This document shows positions 25,284 to 34,287 of a stretch of DNA of 61,747 nt, piece after piece. A program made the translations under genes and the position numbers. The stretch is from Faecousia sp. Its GTDB lineage: Bacteria; Bacillota; Clostridia; Oscillospirales; Oscillospiraceae. Where the stretch lies: contig JAZSAD010000093.1 in the NCBI GenBank assembly GCA_045601715.1, positions 1 to 61,747 on the forward strand. The letters are read 5' to 3'. Position 1 is the first letter of the stretch. Each line of letters opens with the position of its first letter. The notes under the pieces are model-generated. The model searched no databases. It was not told the DNA's origin and worked only from the letters and a program-made list of their open reading frames with translations.

Positions 25284-27983
25284 ATGAAAAAAATTATCGC
25301 AATACTCTTGGTTATTACGATGATTCTGCCTATGTGCTTCACTGTTACTGCGGCAGGCGCATCCAATGTGGAAATCAAACCCTTCAATATCAGTACATCT
25401 CTGCAAGAAGGCTTTGATAACATTTGGCCCAAGGTTCATTTTTGGAGCCGCGAAAATACTGAGTATGTTACCGAAGACAGTATTAAGATTTCTGCGATGA
25501 ACGGCGTGGGTGGCAAGACCCCTAAGGAAGTTGCTGAGAATCTGAAGCCTGTCTTTGATGAATACCCTGACGGTATGCGGTATATCCGTTTTACCTCCTT
25601 CCGGGCAGCTTTGTTTGTTTTGAAGGAAGACACCATTTTTATGGATAAGGGCCTGAAGGTTATTAAAGAATGGTTCGAAGAATTCATCGCTCACTACCAC
25701 TCCATTGGCGGTAAGATCGACGGTATTTCTATTGATATTGAGTATGTAGATGGCAACGCTTACTATATAACGCAGGCAGCCAAGAAGGATATGATGGTTT
25801 ACAAGAATATTGTAGACAATCCCAATTATAAAACCAGAATTCGTCCCGCTCTGGAAGAGCGTGGCTTTAAGTTCTGGCCCAATGTGACCGATGAAACCCC
25901 TGAAATTTACAGCATCAATTCCAACTCCGGCGCTGAGTATGCGGAGTCCCGTTCCATTTGGAATATAGTTGTCCGTAATCATTTGAACCAGTATGTCAAC
26001 GAAGGCGTTCTGGAGCCCTTACTGAAGTACTATCCTGACGGCTTGGTGTTCGACTACCAGTCCCGTGACACCTATTCCTGGCAGAAGATGCCCGGCGATC
26101 AGGGCGAAGTCGCCAAGGGTGGTAACCATATGGTTGCCGGTAACGTTAACTACTTCAATACATACGCATCCCGTCCCGGTACCGGTTTCTGGAAGGAAGA
26201 CGGTGAGGCCAAGTATGTTAAGATTCCTTCTTATAACGAAGTTTGTTATGAGGATAACCCCTTCAACATGGTCAAGTTTGAGACCATCTTTGCAAAGAAT
26301 TTGAAGGCATCTGCTCCTGGTGGCAGAATTACTTCCATCGTAGCTTACTATAACTACTCCAAGAGAGCCGGCTCCTACGGCAACAAGCCCTATTACTCCG
26401 AAAGCTTCTATCACACTGCTCTGATGGATCCCGATCCTCTGGCAGGTTATATTGAGGAGAACGAAGTAATTGCGTCCGGCAACGATGTACACGCAACCAT
26501 GGAGGTTGTCAGCAAGTTGCTGGATGAATTGACTCGTATCGTGGGCGCAGCAGACCGTAAGTATCTGGAACTGCCCTACACCTGGAACGATAACTTCGTG
26601 CTGACCGGTATGTATGCCGGCGGTAAGAACTACTACCGTCTGACCCCCGATAGCTCCGAAGGCTTCACCAAACTGGAAGACTTCATTGTGAAGGACGCCA
26701 AGGATCTGACCTTTACCTATAAGGGCCAGACCATCACCTTCCCCGGCGGTAAGATCATTGAAGATGCCAAGATTCCTATCGTAGGCACCTTCGGCTTCTG
26801 GATTGAAACCGCCCAGGATGTTCTGCCTGTTGTTACTTACAGCGAAAACCGTTACAGCGAATTCCCCGCAATGCTGGAAACCTACGAGTCCTACGAGGTA
26901 GGTTCTGACTATGATATTTCCACAGCATTCCCCATAGGCTGCTGGGAATTGAAGAAGGATAAGACCGGTACCGCTAAGATTGTTGCTGACGGCAATAATA
27001 AGGCGCTGGCTCTGTCCGGTACCTACAGCCTGAAGCTGAAGGATGTAGTGGAGAAGGTTACCGCAGGCGATACCTATGCCAAGAAACAGGCCTGGGAGAT
27101 TGATGTAACCGTGCCTGCCGATATGGCAGCTGATTCCGAAATCGTTCTTTTGAACATCTTTGCCGACAAGTCCAAGGAGGCAGATGGTGGCTTTAAGATC
27201 GCCGGCGGCAAGGTTTACTATGATAAGGCTGGCGAGTATGTAGAACTGGCCGGTGTAGATGCATCCGCCGGTGGCAAGTTCACTCTGAAGAGAAGTCTGG
27301 ACTTCACCAAGGAAGAAGCCTTTACCTGCGACTATACCGTATACGATGCTGCCGGTAAGGTGCTGGGCGAAGTCGAGGACGTAGCTGTATCTTCCAAGGT
27401 AAAGATTCCTGTTGGCAGAGTCGGTATGGGTGTGACCAAGATTACCGGCAAGGCTGTGCAGCTGGATAACCTGAAGATGTATGCTACCGGCCTGGGAGCT
27501 GATTTTGAACTGTACAATGCCAAGACCGGCATTAAGTACACGGATCTGGAGACTGCAAAGAACTCGAATACCGCATATCGTCTGTCCTGGATGAACGCCA
27601 CTTCCAGCGAGAAGGTTTACTCCGTTGTTGCCGCTTACTACAACGGTGACAAACTGGTAGAGGAGAAGGTTATCGAGGAAATTAAGATGGCTCCCGGCAC
27701 TGACTTTGTTTCCATGGGTATTGTGGAAGTGAAGGATGGCCAGACTGTTAAGCTGTATGCCCGGAATGACAGCAAGGCTGAGACCGACAATGGCAAGCCT
27801 GGCGACAAGCCCGGCGCATCCGCTCCCAAGAATGACGATACCGTTCTTCTGATTGTGGTAATTGCTGTTGCAGTGGTTCTGCTGGCAGGTATTGCTGTGG
27901 CAGTTGTGCTTCTGACCAAGAAGCCTGCCAAGAAGAAAAAGAAGTCTTCTAAGAAAACAACCAAAAAGAAATCCGCTGAATAA
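25284..27983 (+). CDS. Large secreted, C-terminally TM-anchored protein, paralog 3
   Basis: GGAGG RBS, MKKIIAILL signal peptide, KIDGISIDIEY motif, TM segment and Lys-rich tail. Confidence 0.85.
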   Translation: MKKIIAILLVITMILPMCFTVTAAGASNVEIKPFNISTSLQEGFDNIWPKVHFWSRENTEYVTEDSIKISAMNGVGGKTPKEVAENLKPVFDEYPDGMRYIRFTSFRAALFVLKEDTIFMDKGLKVIKEWFEEFIAHYHSIGGKIDGISIDIEYVDGNAYYITQAAKKDMMVYKNIVDNPNYKTRIRPALEERGFKFWPNVTDETPEIYSINSNSGAEYAESRSIWNIVVRNHLNQYVNEGVLEPLLKYYPDGLVFDYQSRDTYSWQKMPGDQGEVAKGGNHMVAGNVNYFNTYASRPGTGFWKEDGEAKYVKIPSYNEVCYEDNPFNMVKFETIFAKNLKASAPGGRITSIVAYYNYSKRAGSYGNKPYYSESFYHTALMDPDPLAGYIEENEVIASGNDVHATMEVVSKLLDELTRIVGAADRKYLELPYTWNDNFVLTGMYAGGKNYYRLTPDSSEGFTKLEDFIVKDAKDLTFTYKGQTITFPGGKIIEDAKIPIVGTFGFWIETAQDVLPVVTYSENRYSEFPAMLETYESYEVGSDYDISTAFPIGCWELKKDKTGTAKIVADGNNKALALSGTYSLKLKDVVEKVTAGDTYAKKQAWEIDVTVPADMAADSEIVLLNIFADKSKEADGGFKIAGGKVYYDKAGEYVELAGVDASAGGKFTLKRSLDFTKEEAFTCDYTVYDAAGKVLGEVEDVAVSSKVKIPVGRVGMGVTKITGKAVQLDNLKMYATGLGADFELYNAKTGIKYTDLETAKNSNTAYRLSWMNATSSEKVYSVVAAYYNGDKLVEEKVIEEIKMAPGTDFVSMGIVEVKDGQTVKLYARNDSKAETDNGKPGDKPGASAPKNDDTVLLIVVIAVAVVLLAGIAVAVVLLTKKPAKKKKKSSKKTTKKKSAE

Positions 27984-27989
27984 ATAATA

Positions 27990-28020
27990 AACCAGCCACC
28001 GGCTTAGCCGGTGGCTGGTT
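27990..28020. terminator. Bidirectional terminator
   Basis: AACCAGCCACCGGC-TTA-GCCGGTGGCTGGTT between convergent genes. Confidence 0.8.
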
Positions 28021-28025
28021 GCTTT

Positions 28026-29306
28026 TTATCGTCCTCCACCCCAAGGATATTGCGGGGTCTGGGCCTGCGTGTTTTGCTGTTGCTGCTGAGCAGATTGAAT
28101 TTTTTCTCCTACGGTAATGGTGAGTTCCAGGGTGCTGCCCTTGCGATAGACGGTGAATTTCAGCGTGTCGCCGGCGACAGACTCGCCTACGATGTTTACC
28201 AAATCGCCACTGCCGGTAATCGCCTTATCGTTGATGTGGGTAATAATATCATTGACCTGCAACCCGCCTGCCGCAGCCGGACCGTCAGGAGCAACCTCTT
28301 TTACCGCAGCGCCCTGGGGCAGGCCATAGCTTTGGGTCTCCGCGCTTACCGTTGTAGCAGATAAACCGATATAGGGCTTGGATACATAACCTTTTTCGAT
28401 AATACTCTGGGCAATGGAACGGGCCTTGTTAATGGGAATAGCAAAGCCAATGTTGTCGATAGATGCCTCAGAGGAAGAACTGCTGGAATACTTGGCATTG
28501 GTGATACCGATCACTTCACCATACATATTAAACAGCGCACCACCGGAATTGCCGGAGTTGATAGCGCAGTCGGTCTGCATCAGCCGCATAGAGCTGCCGC
28601 CGGACATGGTGATATCCCGGTCCTTGGCGCTGATAGCGCCGGAGGTGAGGGAGAAGGTCAGTTCCCCTAAGGGGTTGCCGATGGCAACCACCGAATCGCC
28701 TACATTGACGTTGTCCGAATTACCCAAAATCACAGGGACCAGATTTTGCGCTTCGATTTTCAGAACAGCCACGTCGTTACTCTCGTCATAACCCACCAGC
28801 TTGGCATCGTAGGTCTTGCCGTCGTAGAGCGCCACCGTAATGGAGCTGGAATCCTCTACCACGTGGAAATTGGTGAGAATATACCCGTCGTCAGTAAAGA
28901 TAAATCCGGACCCGGAAGCGGCAGAGGTGGTCTGATAGCCCCAGAAATTGGTGGTGATAGAGGTGGTGATACCTACGGTGGAATTTACATTTGCGGCATA
29001 TACCTCGGCGGCGGTCATCACCTTGTCGGTGTTGATTTTGGTGATGTCCAAAACGGTATTCTCCCGCTGCCCCTCCACGATGGTGGATACATTGTTTTGA
29101 TTACCGCTCTGGGGCATTTCTTCGTTGACTAAACTTATCAGCATAGAGGTGGCAGCGCCTGCTATACCGCCCAGCAAACTGCAAACAAGGGCAATGGCAA
29201 CTACCTTTCCGGCAGTCCAGCCCGCTTTCTCCTTTTTTGGGGGAATATAGGGGACTTCTTCGCCCCAAACATATTCGTTTTCCTGATTTTCAAAAGGTTC
29301 GTCCAT
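28026..29306 (-). CDS. htrA: HtrA/DegP-like serine protease with PDZ domain
   Basis: TM anchor; catalytic triad motifs TNFHVV, DVAVL and INSGNSGGAL; C-terminal PDZ. Confidence 0.9.
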   Translation of the reverse strand: MDEPFENQENEYVWGEEVPYIPPKKEKAGWTAGKVVAIALVCSLLGGIAGAATSMLISLVNEEMPQSGNQNNVSTIVEGQRENTVLDITKINTDKVMTAAEVYAANVNSTVGITTSITTNFWGYQTTSAASGSGFIFTDDGYILTNFHVVEDSSSITVALYDGKTYDAKLVGYDESNDVAVLKIEAQNLVPVILGNSDNVNVGDSVVAIGNPLGELTFSLTSGAISAKDRDITMSGGSSMRLMQTDCAINSGNSGGALFNMYGEVIGITNAKYSSSSSSEASIDNIGFAIPINKARSIAQSIIEKGYVSKPYIGLSATTVSAETQSYGLPQGAAVKEVAPDGPAAAGGLQVNDIITHINDKAITGSGDLVNIVGESVAGDTLKFTVYRKGSTLELTITVGEKIQSAQQQQQNTQAQTPQYPWGGGR

Positions 29307-29409
29307 AGGGCAATTCTCCTTTTCTTTTTTGTGGTTATTTTACCGCAATTTTCAAATTCAATGCTGAATAAATATAGAACGAAGTATGAATATTTCGTGA
29401 AATATGCCC

Positions 29410-29438
29410 TTGACAAAGAATTTTTACCGTGCTAAAAT
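29410..29438 (+). promoter_or_regulatory. sigma-A promoter of T-box leader
   Basis: TTGACA-17-TAAAAT with extended TG. Confidence 0.75.
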
Positions 29439-29444
29439 ACTGTA

Positions 29445-29710
29445 AACCGATGAGGAAGAGTAAGTAGATTTTACTTCCTTTCTTTCAGAGAGCCGCAGGC
29501 GGTGGGATTGCGGCAGAAAGTGTAAAACCGAATGGACTTCCGAGGGCAAACGGAACGAAGGAAACTTCCAGTATGTGCGCCGGAGATGACCCTCCGTAAG
29601 CAAAGGTCAGCATATGGTAGTATGCGTAAAGTGGGCGCGAATGCGTCAAGCCGGGTGGCACCGCAGGATTTTTATCCTGTCCCAGCTCAAAACTGGGGCA
29701 GGTTTTTTGT
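29445..29710 (+). promoter_or_regulatory. T-box riboswitch, Trp specifier (TGG)
   Basis: Stem I motifs AGTAG, CAGAGAG and GGTGGGA; specifier GAA-TGG at 29533-29535; T-box AAGCCGGGTGGCACCGC; terminator CCTGTCCCAG...CTGGGGCAGG followed by TTTTTT. Confidence 0.88.
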
Positions 29711-29741
29711 TTGTCCCGTAATGAGAAAAGGAGTAAGAAAC

Positions 29742-31115
29742 ATGGCAAAGAAAGAAATTCCCTACAAGATTTATCTGGAAGAAAGTGAGATGCCCAAATA
29801 CTGGTACAATCTCCGTGCGGATATGATCAACAAGCCTGCGCCTCTTCTGGATCCCAAGACCCATAAGCCTATGACCGCTGAGGACCTGGCCCCTGTGTTC
29901 TGTGATGAGCTGATCGAGCAGGAGCTGAACGACACCCAGGCTTTTTTTGAGATTCCCGAGGAGATTCGCAATTTCTATAAGATGTACCGTCCGGCACCTC
30001 TGGTTCGGGCATACTGTCTTGAAGAAAAACTGCAGACTCCCGCTAAGATTTATTATAAATTTGAGGGCAATAACACCAGCGGCAGCCATAAGTTGAATTC
30101 CGCCATTGCCCAGGCCTACTATGCCAAGAAGCAGGGCTTGACCGGTGTTACCACCGAGACCGGCGCCGGCCAGTGGGGTACTGCCCTGAGTATGGCCTGC
30201 TCCTACTTAGGACTGGACTGCAAGGTGTATATGGTGAAGGTTTCCTACGAACAGAAGCCATTCCGCCGTGAGGTGATGCGTACCTATGGCGCATCCGTCA
30301 CCCCCAGCCCCTCTATGGAAACCGAGGTAGGCAAGAAGATCCTTGCTGAGCATCCCGGCACTACTGGCAGTCTTGGCTGCGCAATTTCTGAGGCCGTGGA
30401 AAAGGCTACTAACACAGACGGCTACCGCTATGTACTGGGTAGTGTGATGAATCAGGTTATGCTCCACCAGACTGTCATCGGCCTGGAAACCAAGACCGCT
30501 ATGGAGAAGTACGACATTAAGCCGGACATCATCATCGGCTGCGCCGGCGGCGGTTCTAACCTGGGCGGCCTGATCGCACCCTTTATGGGCGAGAAGATCA
30601 AGGGCGAGGCTGACTACCGCATCATCGCTGTTGAGCCGGAGACCTGCCCCAGCTTTACCAGAGGCAAGTATGCCTATGACTACTGTGACACCGGTATGAT
30701 CTGCCCCCTGGCCAAGATGTATACCCTGGGCAGCGGCTTTATCCCTGCCGGTACCCACTCCGGCGGCCTCCGTTACCACGGTATGAACCCCACTCTGTCC
30801 CAACTGTACGACGATAAGCTGATGGAAGCTGTCAGTGTGAAGCAGACAGAGGTATTCGCAGCAGCTGAGGAATTTGCACGGGTCGAGGGTATTCTGCCCG
30901 CCCCCGAAAGTTCCCATGCTATCAAGGTGGCAATTGACGAAGCGCTGAAGTGCAAGGAAACAGGGGAGGAAAAGACTATTCTCTTCGGTCTCACCGGCAC
31001 CGGTTACTTTGATATGATGGCTTACGAAAAGTTCCACGACGGCAAGATGGTGGACTACGCACCCACCGAAGAGGAACTGGCAAAGGGCTTCAGCTACCTG
31101 CCCAAAATGGACTGA
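29742..31115 (+). CDS. trpB: TrpB2 (TrpB-like PLP enzyme, tryptophan synthase beta 2)
   Basis: SGSHKLNSA, ETGAGQWG, GCAGGGSN, GGLRYHG and PAPESSHA; the N-terminal MPKYWYN is typical of TrpB2; AAGGAG RBS before ATG 29742. Confidence 0.92.
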   Translation: MAKKEIPYKIYLEESEMPKYWYNLRADMINKPAPLLDPKTHKPMTAEDLAPVFCDELIEQELNDTQAFFEIPEEIRNFYKMYRPAPLVRAYCLEEKLQTPAKIYYKFEGNNTSGSHKLNSAIAQAYYAKKQGLTGVTTETGAGQWGTALSMACSYLGLDCKVYMVKVSYEQKPFRREVMRTYGASVTPSPSMETEVGKKILAEHPGTTGSLGCAISEAVEKATNTDGYRYVLGSVMNQVMLHQTVIGLETKTAMEKYDIKPDIIIGCAGGGSNLGGLIAPFMGEKIKGEADYRIIAVEPETCPSFTRGKYAYDYCDTGMICPLAKMYTLGSGFIPAGTHSGGLRYHGMNPTLSQLYDDKLMEAVSVKQTEVFAAAEEFARVEGILPAPESSHAIKVAIDEALKCKETGEEKTILFGLTGTGYFDMMAYEKFHDGKMVDYAPTEEELAKGFSYLPKMD

Positions 31116-31124
31116 TACATAATG

Positions 31125-31152
31125 AAAGGACTACCCTGGGGTAGTCCTTTTT
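31125..31152 (+). terminator. Intrinsic terminator
   Basis: AAAGGACTACC-CTGG-GGTAGTCCTTTTT. Confidence 0.8.
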
Positions 31153-31162
31153 ATTTTACCTA

Positions 31163-31213
31163 TTGACAAACAGGAAAATCCACTGTATACTAACTGTACT
31201 AGTACAGTTAGTA
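31163..31213 (+). promoter_or_regulatory. sigma-A promoter with overlapping 26-bp palindromic operator (probable GntR/YtrA site)
   Basis: TTGACA-17-TATACT; perfect palindrome TACTAACTGTACT|AGTACAGTTAGTA at 31188-31213. Confidence 0.8.
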
Positions 31214-31244
31214 CGGTTAATACACTTGGAAGGAGGAGATGTGT

Positions 31245-31613
31245 GTGGTACATCTGGACTATCGGGACGCTAGACCCATTTACACCCAGATTGCCGATAA
31301 TTTTCGCAATCAAATCCGCGCCGGTATTTTGGCGGAGGGAGATAAGCTCCCCAGTGTCCGGGAACTGGCAAGCGACCTTGCCATCAACCCCAACACCATC
31401 CAGCGGGCCTATCGGGAGCTGGAAGCGGAGGGGTGGATCGCCTCCGTTTCCGGTAAGGGCAGCTTTGTCTGCGGCGCTCCCCGGCAGGAAAATCCCGAAA
31501 CGGAAGAGCTGTGGCAGGAACTGGATGCGGTAACTGCCAAGCTGATGGCAGCAAATATCTCCCGACAGGCAATTTTACAATATCTGAAACAAGGAGGGGA
31601 CACAAATGCTTAA
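31245..31613 (+). CDS. GntR-family (YtrA subfamily) regulator
   Basis: PIYTQI, KLPSVRELASDLAINPNTIQRAY and GKGSFV; short C-terminus; start GTG 31245 or ATG 31239. Confidence 0.92.
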   Translation: MVHLDYRDARPIYTQIADNFRNQIRAGILAEGDKLPSVRELASDLAINPNTIQRAYRELEAEGWIASVSGKGSFVCGAPRQENPETEELWQELDAVTAKLMAANISRQAILQYLKQGGDTNA

Positions 31614-32487
31614 AATGCAGGAAGTAACCAAAACCTTTGGTGAGTTTACCGCTCTGAATAACCTGTCTATGCACGTGCCCAAGGGTGCGGTGTACGGGCT
31701 CGTTGGCCCCAACGGCGCAGGTAAATCCACCGCTATACGCTTGTTCACCGGTGTGTATCGTCCCAATTGTGGCGAAATCACCATAGAGGAGCAACCTATT
31801 TATGAAAACCCGGCAGTGAAAACCCGGATCAGCTATATCCCCGATGAGATTTTCTTCTTCCCCTCCGCAAGCTTGGAGGAGATGCGAAAGTTCTATAAGG
31901 GTTTCTATCCCAAATTTGACGACGAGTTGTTTAACCGCCTATACGACGTATTTCAGCTGCCGAAAAAGGGTCAGATTCGCCGTTTCTCCAAGGGTATGCA
32001 GAAACAGGCGGCATTCCACCTGAGCATCTGCACCCGTCCCGATGTACTGATTTTGGACGAACCGGTGGACGGACTTGACCCGGTAATGCGCCGGCAGGTA
32101 ATGAGCTTGATTCTGTCCGATGTTGCCCAACGGGAGACCACCGTGCTGATCTCCTCCCATAACCTCCGGGAACTGGAGGACATCTGTGACCATGTGGGCA
32201 TTATGGATAAGGGTCAGATGCTTTTGGAAAAGAGCCTTGCCTCTATGCAGGGCAATACCGTAAAGCTGCAAATGGTGGGTGATGCCCCTGAAGGATTGGA
32301 AATTCTCCATACCAGTTCTTCCGGCCGCTTAAAGACCCTGGTGGTTCGCGGCACGACCCAGGAGATACAGGCCAAGGTGTCTGCTTGTAATCCCACTTAT
32401 TTCGATATTCTGCCACTTTCTTTGGAAGAGATATTCATTTACGAACTGGGAGGTGTGAACTATGAAGTCAAGAACATCCTTCTTTAA
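31606..32487 (+). CDS. ABC transporter ATP-binding protein (YtrB-like)
   Basis: GPNGAGKST, FSKGMQ, LILDEP and SSH motifs. Confidence 0.93.
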   Translation: MLKMQEVTKTFGEFTALNNLSMHVPKGAVYGLVGPNGAGKSTAIRLFTGVYRPNCGEITIEEQPIYENPAVKTRISYIPDEIFFFPSASLEEMRKFYKGFYPKFDDELFNRLYDVFQLPKKGQIRRFSKGMQKQAAFHLSICTRPDVLILDEPVDGLDPVMRRQVMSLILSDVAQRETTVLISSHNLRELEDICDHVGIMDKGQMLLEKSLASMQGNTVKLQMVGDAPEGLEILHTSSSGRLKTLVVRGTTQEIQAKVSACNPTYFDILPLSLEEIFIYELGGVNYEVKNILL

Positions 32488-34249
32488 CCCCACTGCTCTG
32501 CGTAAGGACATTTTGCGGTATTCCCCCATTTGGGCATTTTACACCATCTTTTTGCTCCTCGTGCTGTTTGGTATGGCAGATTATTCCCGGGAATCCATCG
32601 CAAGAGATGTGGCGGATTTTATGGCGCCTATGGCGTGGATCAACCTGTTTTACGGCGGTATCTGCGGTGTGTTCCTGTTTATGGATTTGTTCAAGAATCG
32701 CCTGTGCAATGCCCTCCACGCATTTCCCATGCGTCGGGAAGGCTGGCTGGTGACCCACATCGTTGCCGGCTTCCTGTTCAGCTTCGTGCCTAACCTGCTG
32801 GTCACCGGCATTGGCGCATTTATGCTTTGGGAGTATGCCTATATTGCTCCCCTTTGGCTGGCGATTTCCACCATGCAGTTTCTGTTCTTCTTCGGTACGG
32901 CAGTCCTTGCCGCCACCTGCGCCGGTAACCTGTTAGGCACGGCAGCCGTTTACGGCATCACCCATTTTGTGACATTTTTGATATATGCAGTAGTCCAGCT
33001 GCTGTATCAGCCCCTGCTTTTTGGTGTTCGGTTGGATTCCAAGGTATTCTTCCGTTTCTTCCCCTTGAGCCAAATGAATGAATTCGACTATGCCAAATTG
33101 AAATTTTTTTATGATGAGCTTGACCGCAAGGCGGAATTCCGTGGTTTAGAGGGAGAGGCATGGCTGTATGTGGGCATCTGCGCCGCAGTAGGTGTTTTGG
33201 CAATGTTCCTTGCTTGTCTGGTGTACCGTCGCAGAAATCTGGAGAATGCCGGTGATTTCATCTCTCTGAAACCCCTGTCACCCCTGTTCCTGCTGGTGTG
33301 TACCATCGGCGCAGGCGCATTCCTGTACGCTTTTTCCGGTCTGGTGGGCAACGAAACCTACCTTTTCCTGGTGCTGGGTATGGTGATCGGCTACTTTGTG
33401 GGCAAAATGCTCTTGGAACGCACGTTAAAGGTGTTCGGCAAAAAATCCTTGATTGCATTGGGTGTGGTGCTGCTGGTGACCGGTGGCAGCCTGGGTCTGA
33501 CCTGGCTGGACCCCCTGGGTGTCACCGCCTACGTTCCCGAGACAGAAAGCATTGACTCTGCTTATATTTACGGGGCGGACAAAGGCTACTACTACCTGTC
33601 GGATTCTATCTTCAGCTATGTGAGCGCTCCCGAGGAGGGCGGTTATAAAATTACAGATGCAGAAGGTATGGCAGATTTGCAGGATTTCCACCGGCAGCTG
33701 ACCCGCTACCGTCCGGCTGAGGGTGACGGAATCCTCTGTGATGTGCGAATCCATTACAAGCTGAAAAGCGGCAGAACTGTCACCCGTTACTACGAGGTGG
33801 GGCGGGATACCGCTCTGGGCAAGCGGGCAGGCAAATACTTCAGCGATATGGGCTATATCTTTGAGGTCAGCGATACGGACGCCTTGTACAGCGCCTTTGA
33901 ATCGGTTGCGATTGATATTTTTGAAGGTGTTGGGAATTATGATTTCAAGCTTACCGACCAGCAGGAGATTGCAGGTCTTTTGGATGCCATTGCCGCCGAC
34001 TGTGAGGCAGGTACGATGGCGCAGAACTGGGCATTCCACAGGGAGGACGACAAGCACTGGGATGCAAGCGTAGATTTTTCCACTGTGGATGATGTCTTTG
34101 AGGAATTAGGCTGGAATACCAGTCGGCTTTATCTGCGGATTTATCCCGACAGCGAAAATACCGTCGCTTACCTGAAACAAATGCGCCAGCTTCATCAGGA
34201 AGAGGAGCTTCCTGAGGATAAACCCGTTCTTGACCCCCTACCCGAATAA
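32462..34249 (+). CDS. ABC transporter permease-like membrane protein
   Basis: Many TM segments, HAFPMRRE motif, overlaps the ATPase gene, C-terminal soluble domain. Confidence 0.75.
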   Translation: MKSRTSFFNPTALRKDILRYSPIWAFYTIFLLLVLFGMADYSRESIARDVADFMAPMAWINLFYGGICGVFLFMDLFKNRLCNALHAFPMRREGWLVTHIVAGFLFSFVPNLLVTGIGAFMLWEYAYIAPLWLAISTMQFLFFFGTAVLAATCAGNLLGTAAVYGITHFVTFLIYAVVQLLYQPLLFGVRLDSKVFFRFFPLSQMNEFDYAKLKFFYDELDRKAEFRGLEGEAWLYVGICAAVGVLAMFLACLVYRRRNLENAGDFISLKPLSPLFLLVCTIGAGAFLYAFSGLVGNETYLFLVLGMVIGYFVGKMLLERTLKVFGKKSLIALGVVLLVTGGSLGLTWLDPLGVTAYVPETESIDSAYIYGADKGYYYLSDSIFSYVSAPEEGGYKITDAEGMADLQDFHRQLTRYRPAEGDGILCDVRIHYKLKSGRTVTRYYEVGRDTALGKRAGKYFSDMGYIFEVSDTDALYSAFESVAIDIFEGVGNYDFKLTDQQEIAGLLDAIAADCEAGTMAQNWAFHREDDKHWDASVDFSTVDDVFEELGWNTSRLYLRIYPDSENTVAYLKQMRQLHQEEELPEDKPVLDPLPE

Positions 34250-34253
34250 ACCA

Positions 34254-34284
34254 AAAAGCACCGAGAAATTTTCTCGGTGCTTTT
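34254..34284. terminator. Bidirectional terminator
   Basis: AAAAGCACCGAGAA-ATT-TTCTCGGTGCTTTT. Confidence 0.8.
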
Positions 34285-34287
34285 CTT

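Noticed and set aside
29532-29741. 70-aa N-terminal extension of TrpB2 in the ORF track
   Set aside because: It runs through the T-box leader and terminator; the real RBS precedes ATG 29742.
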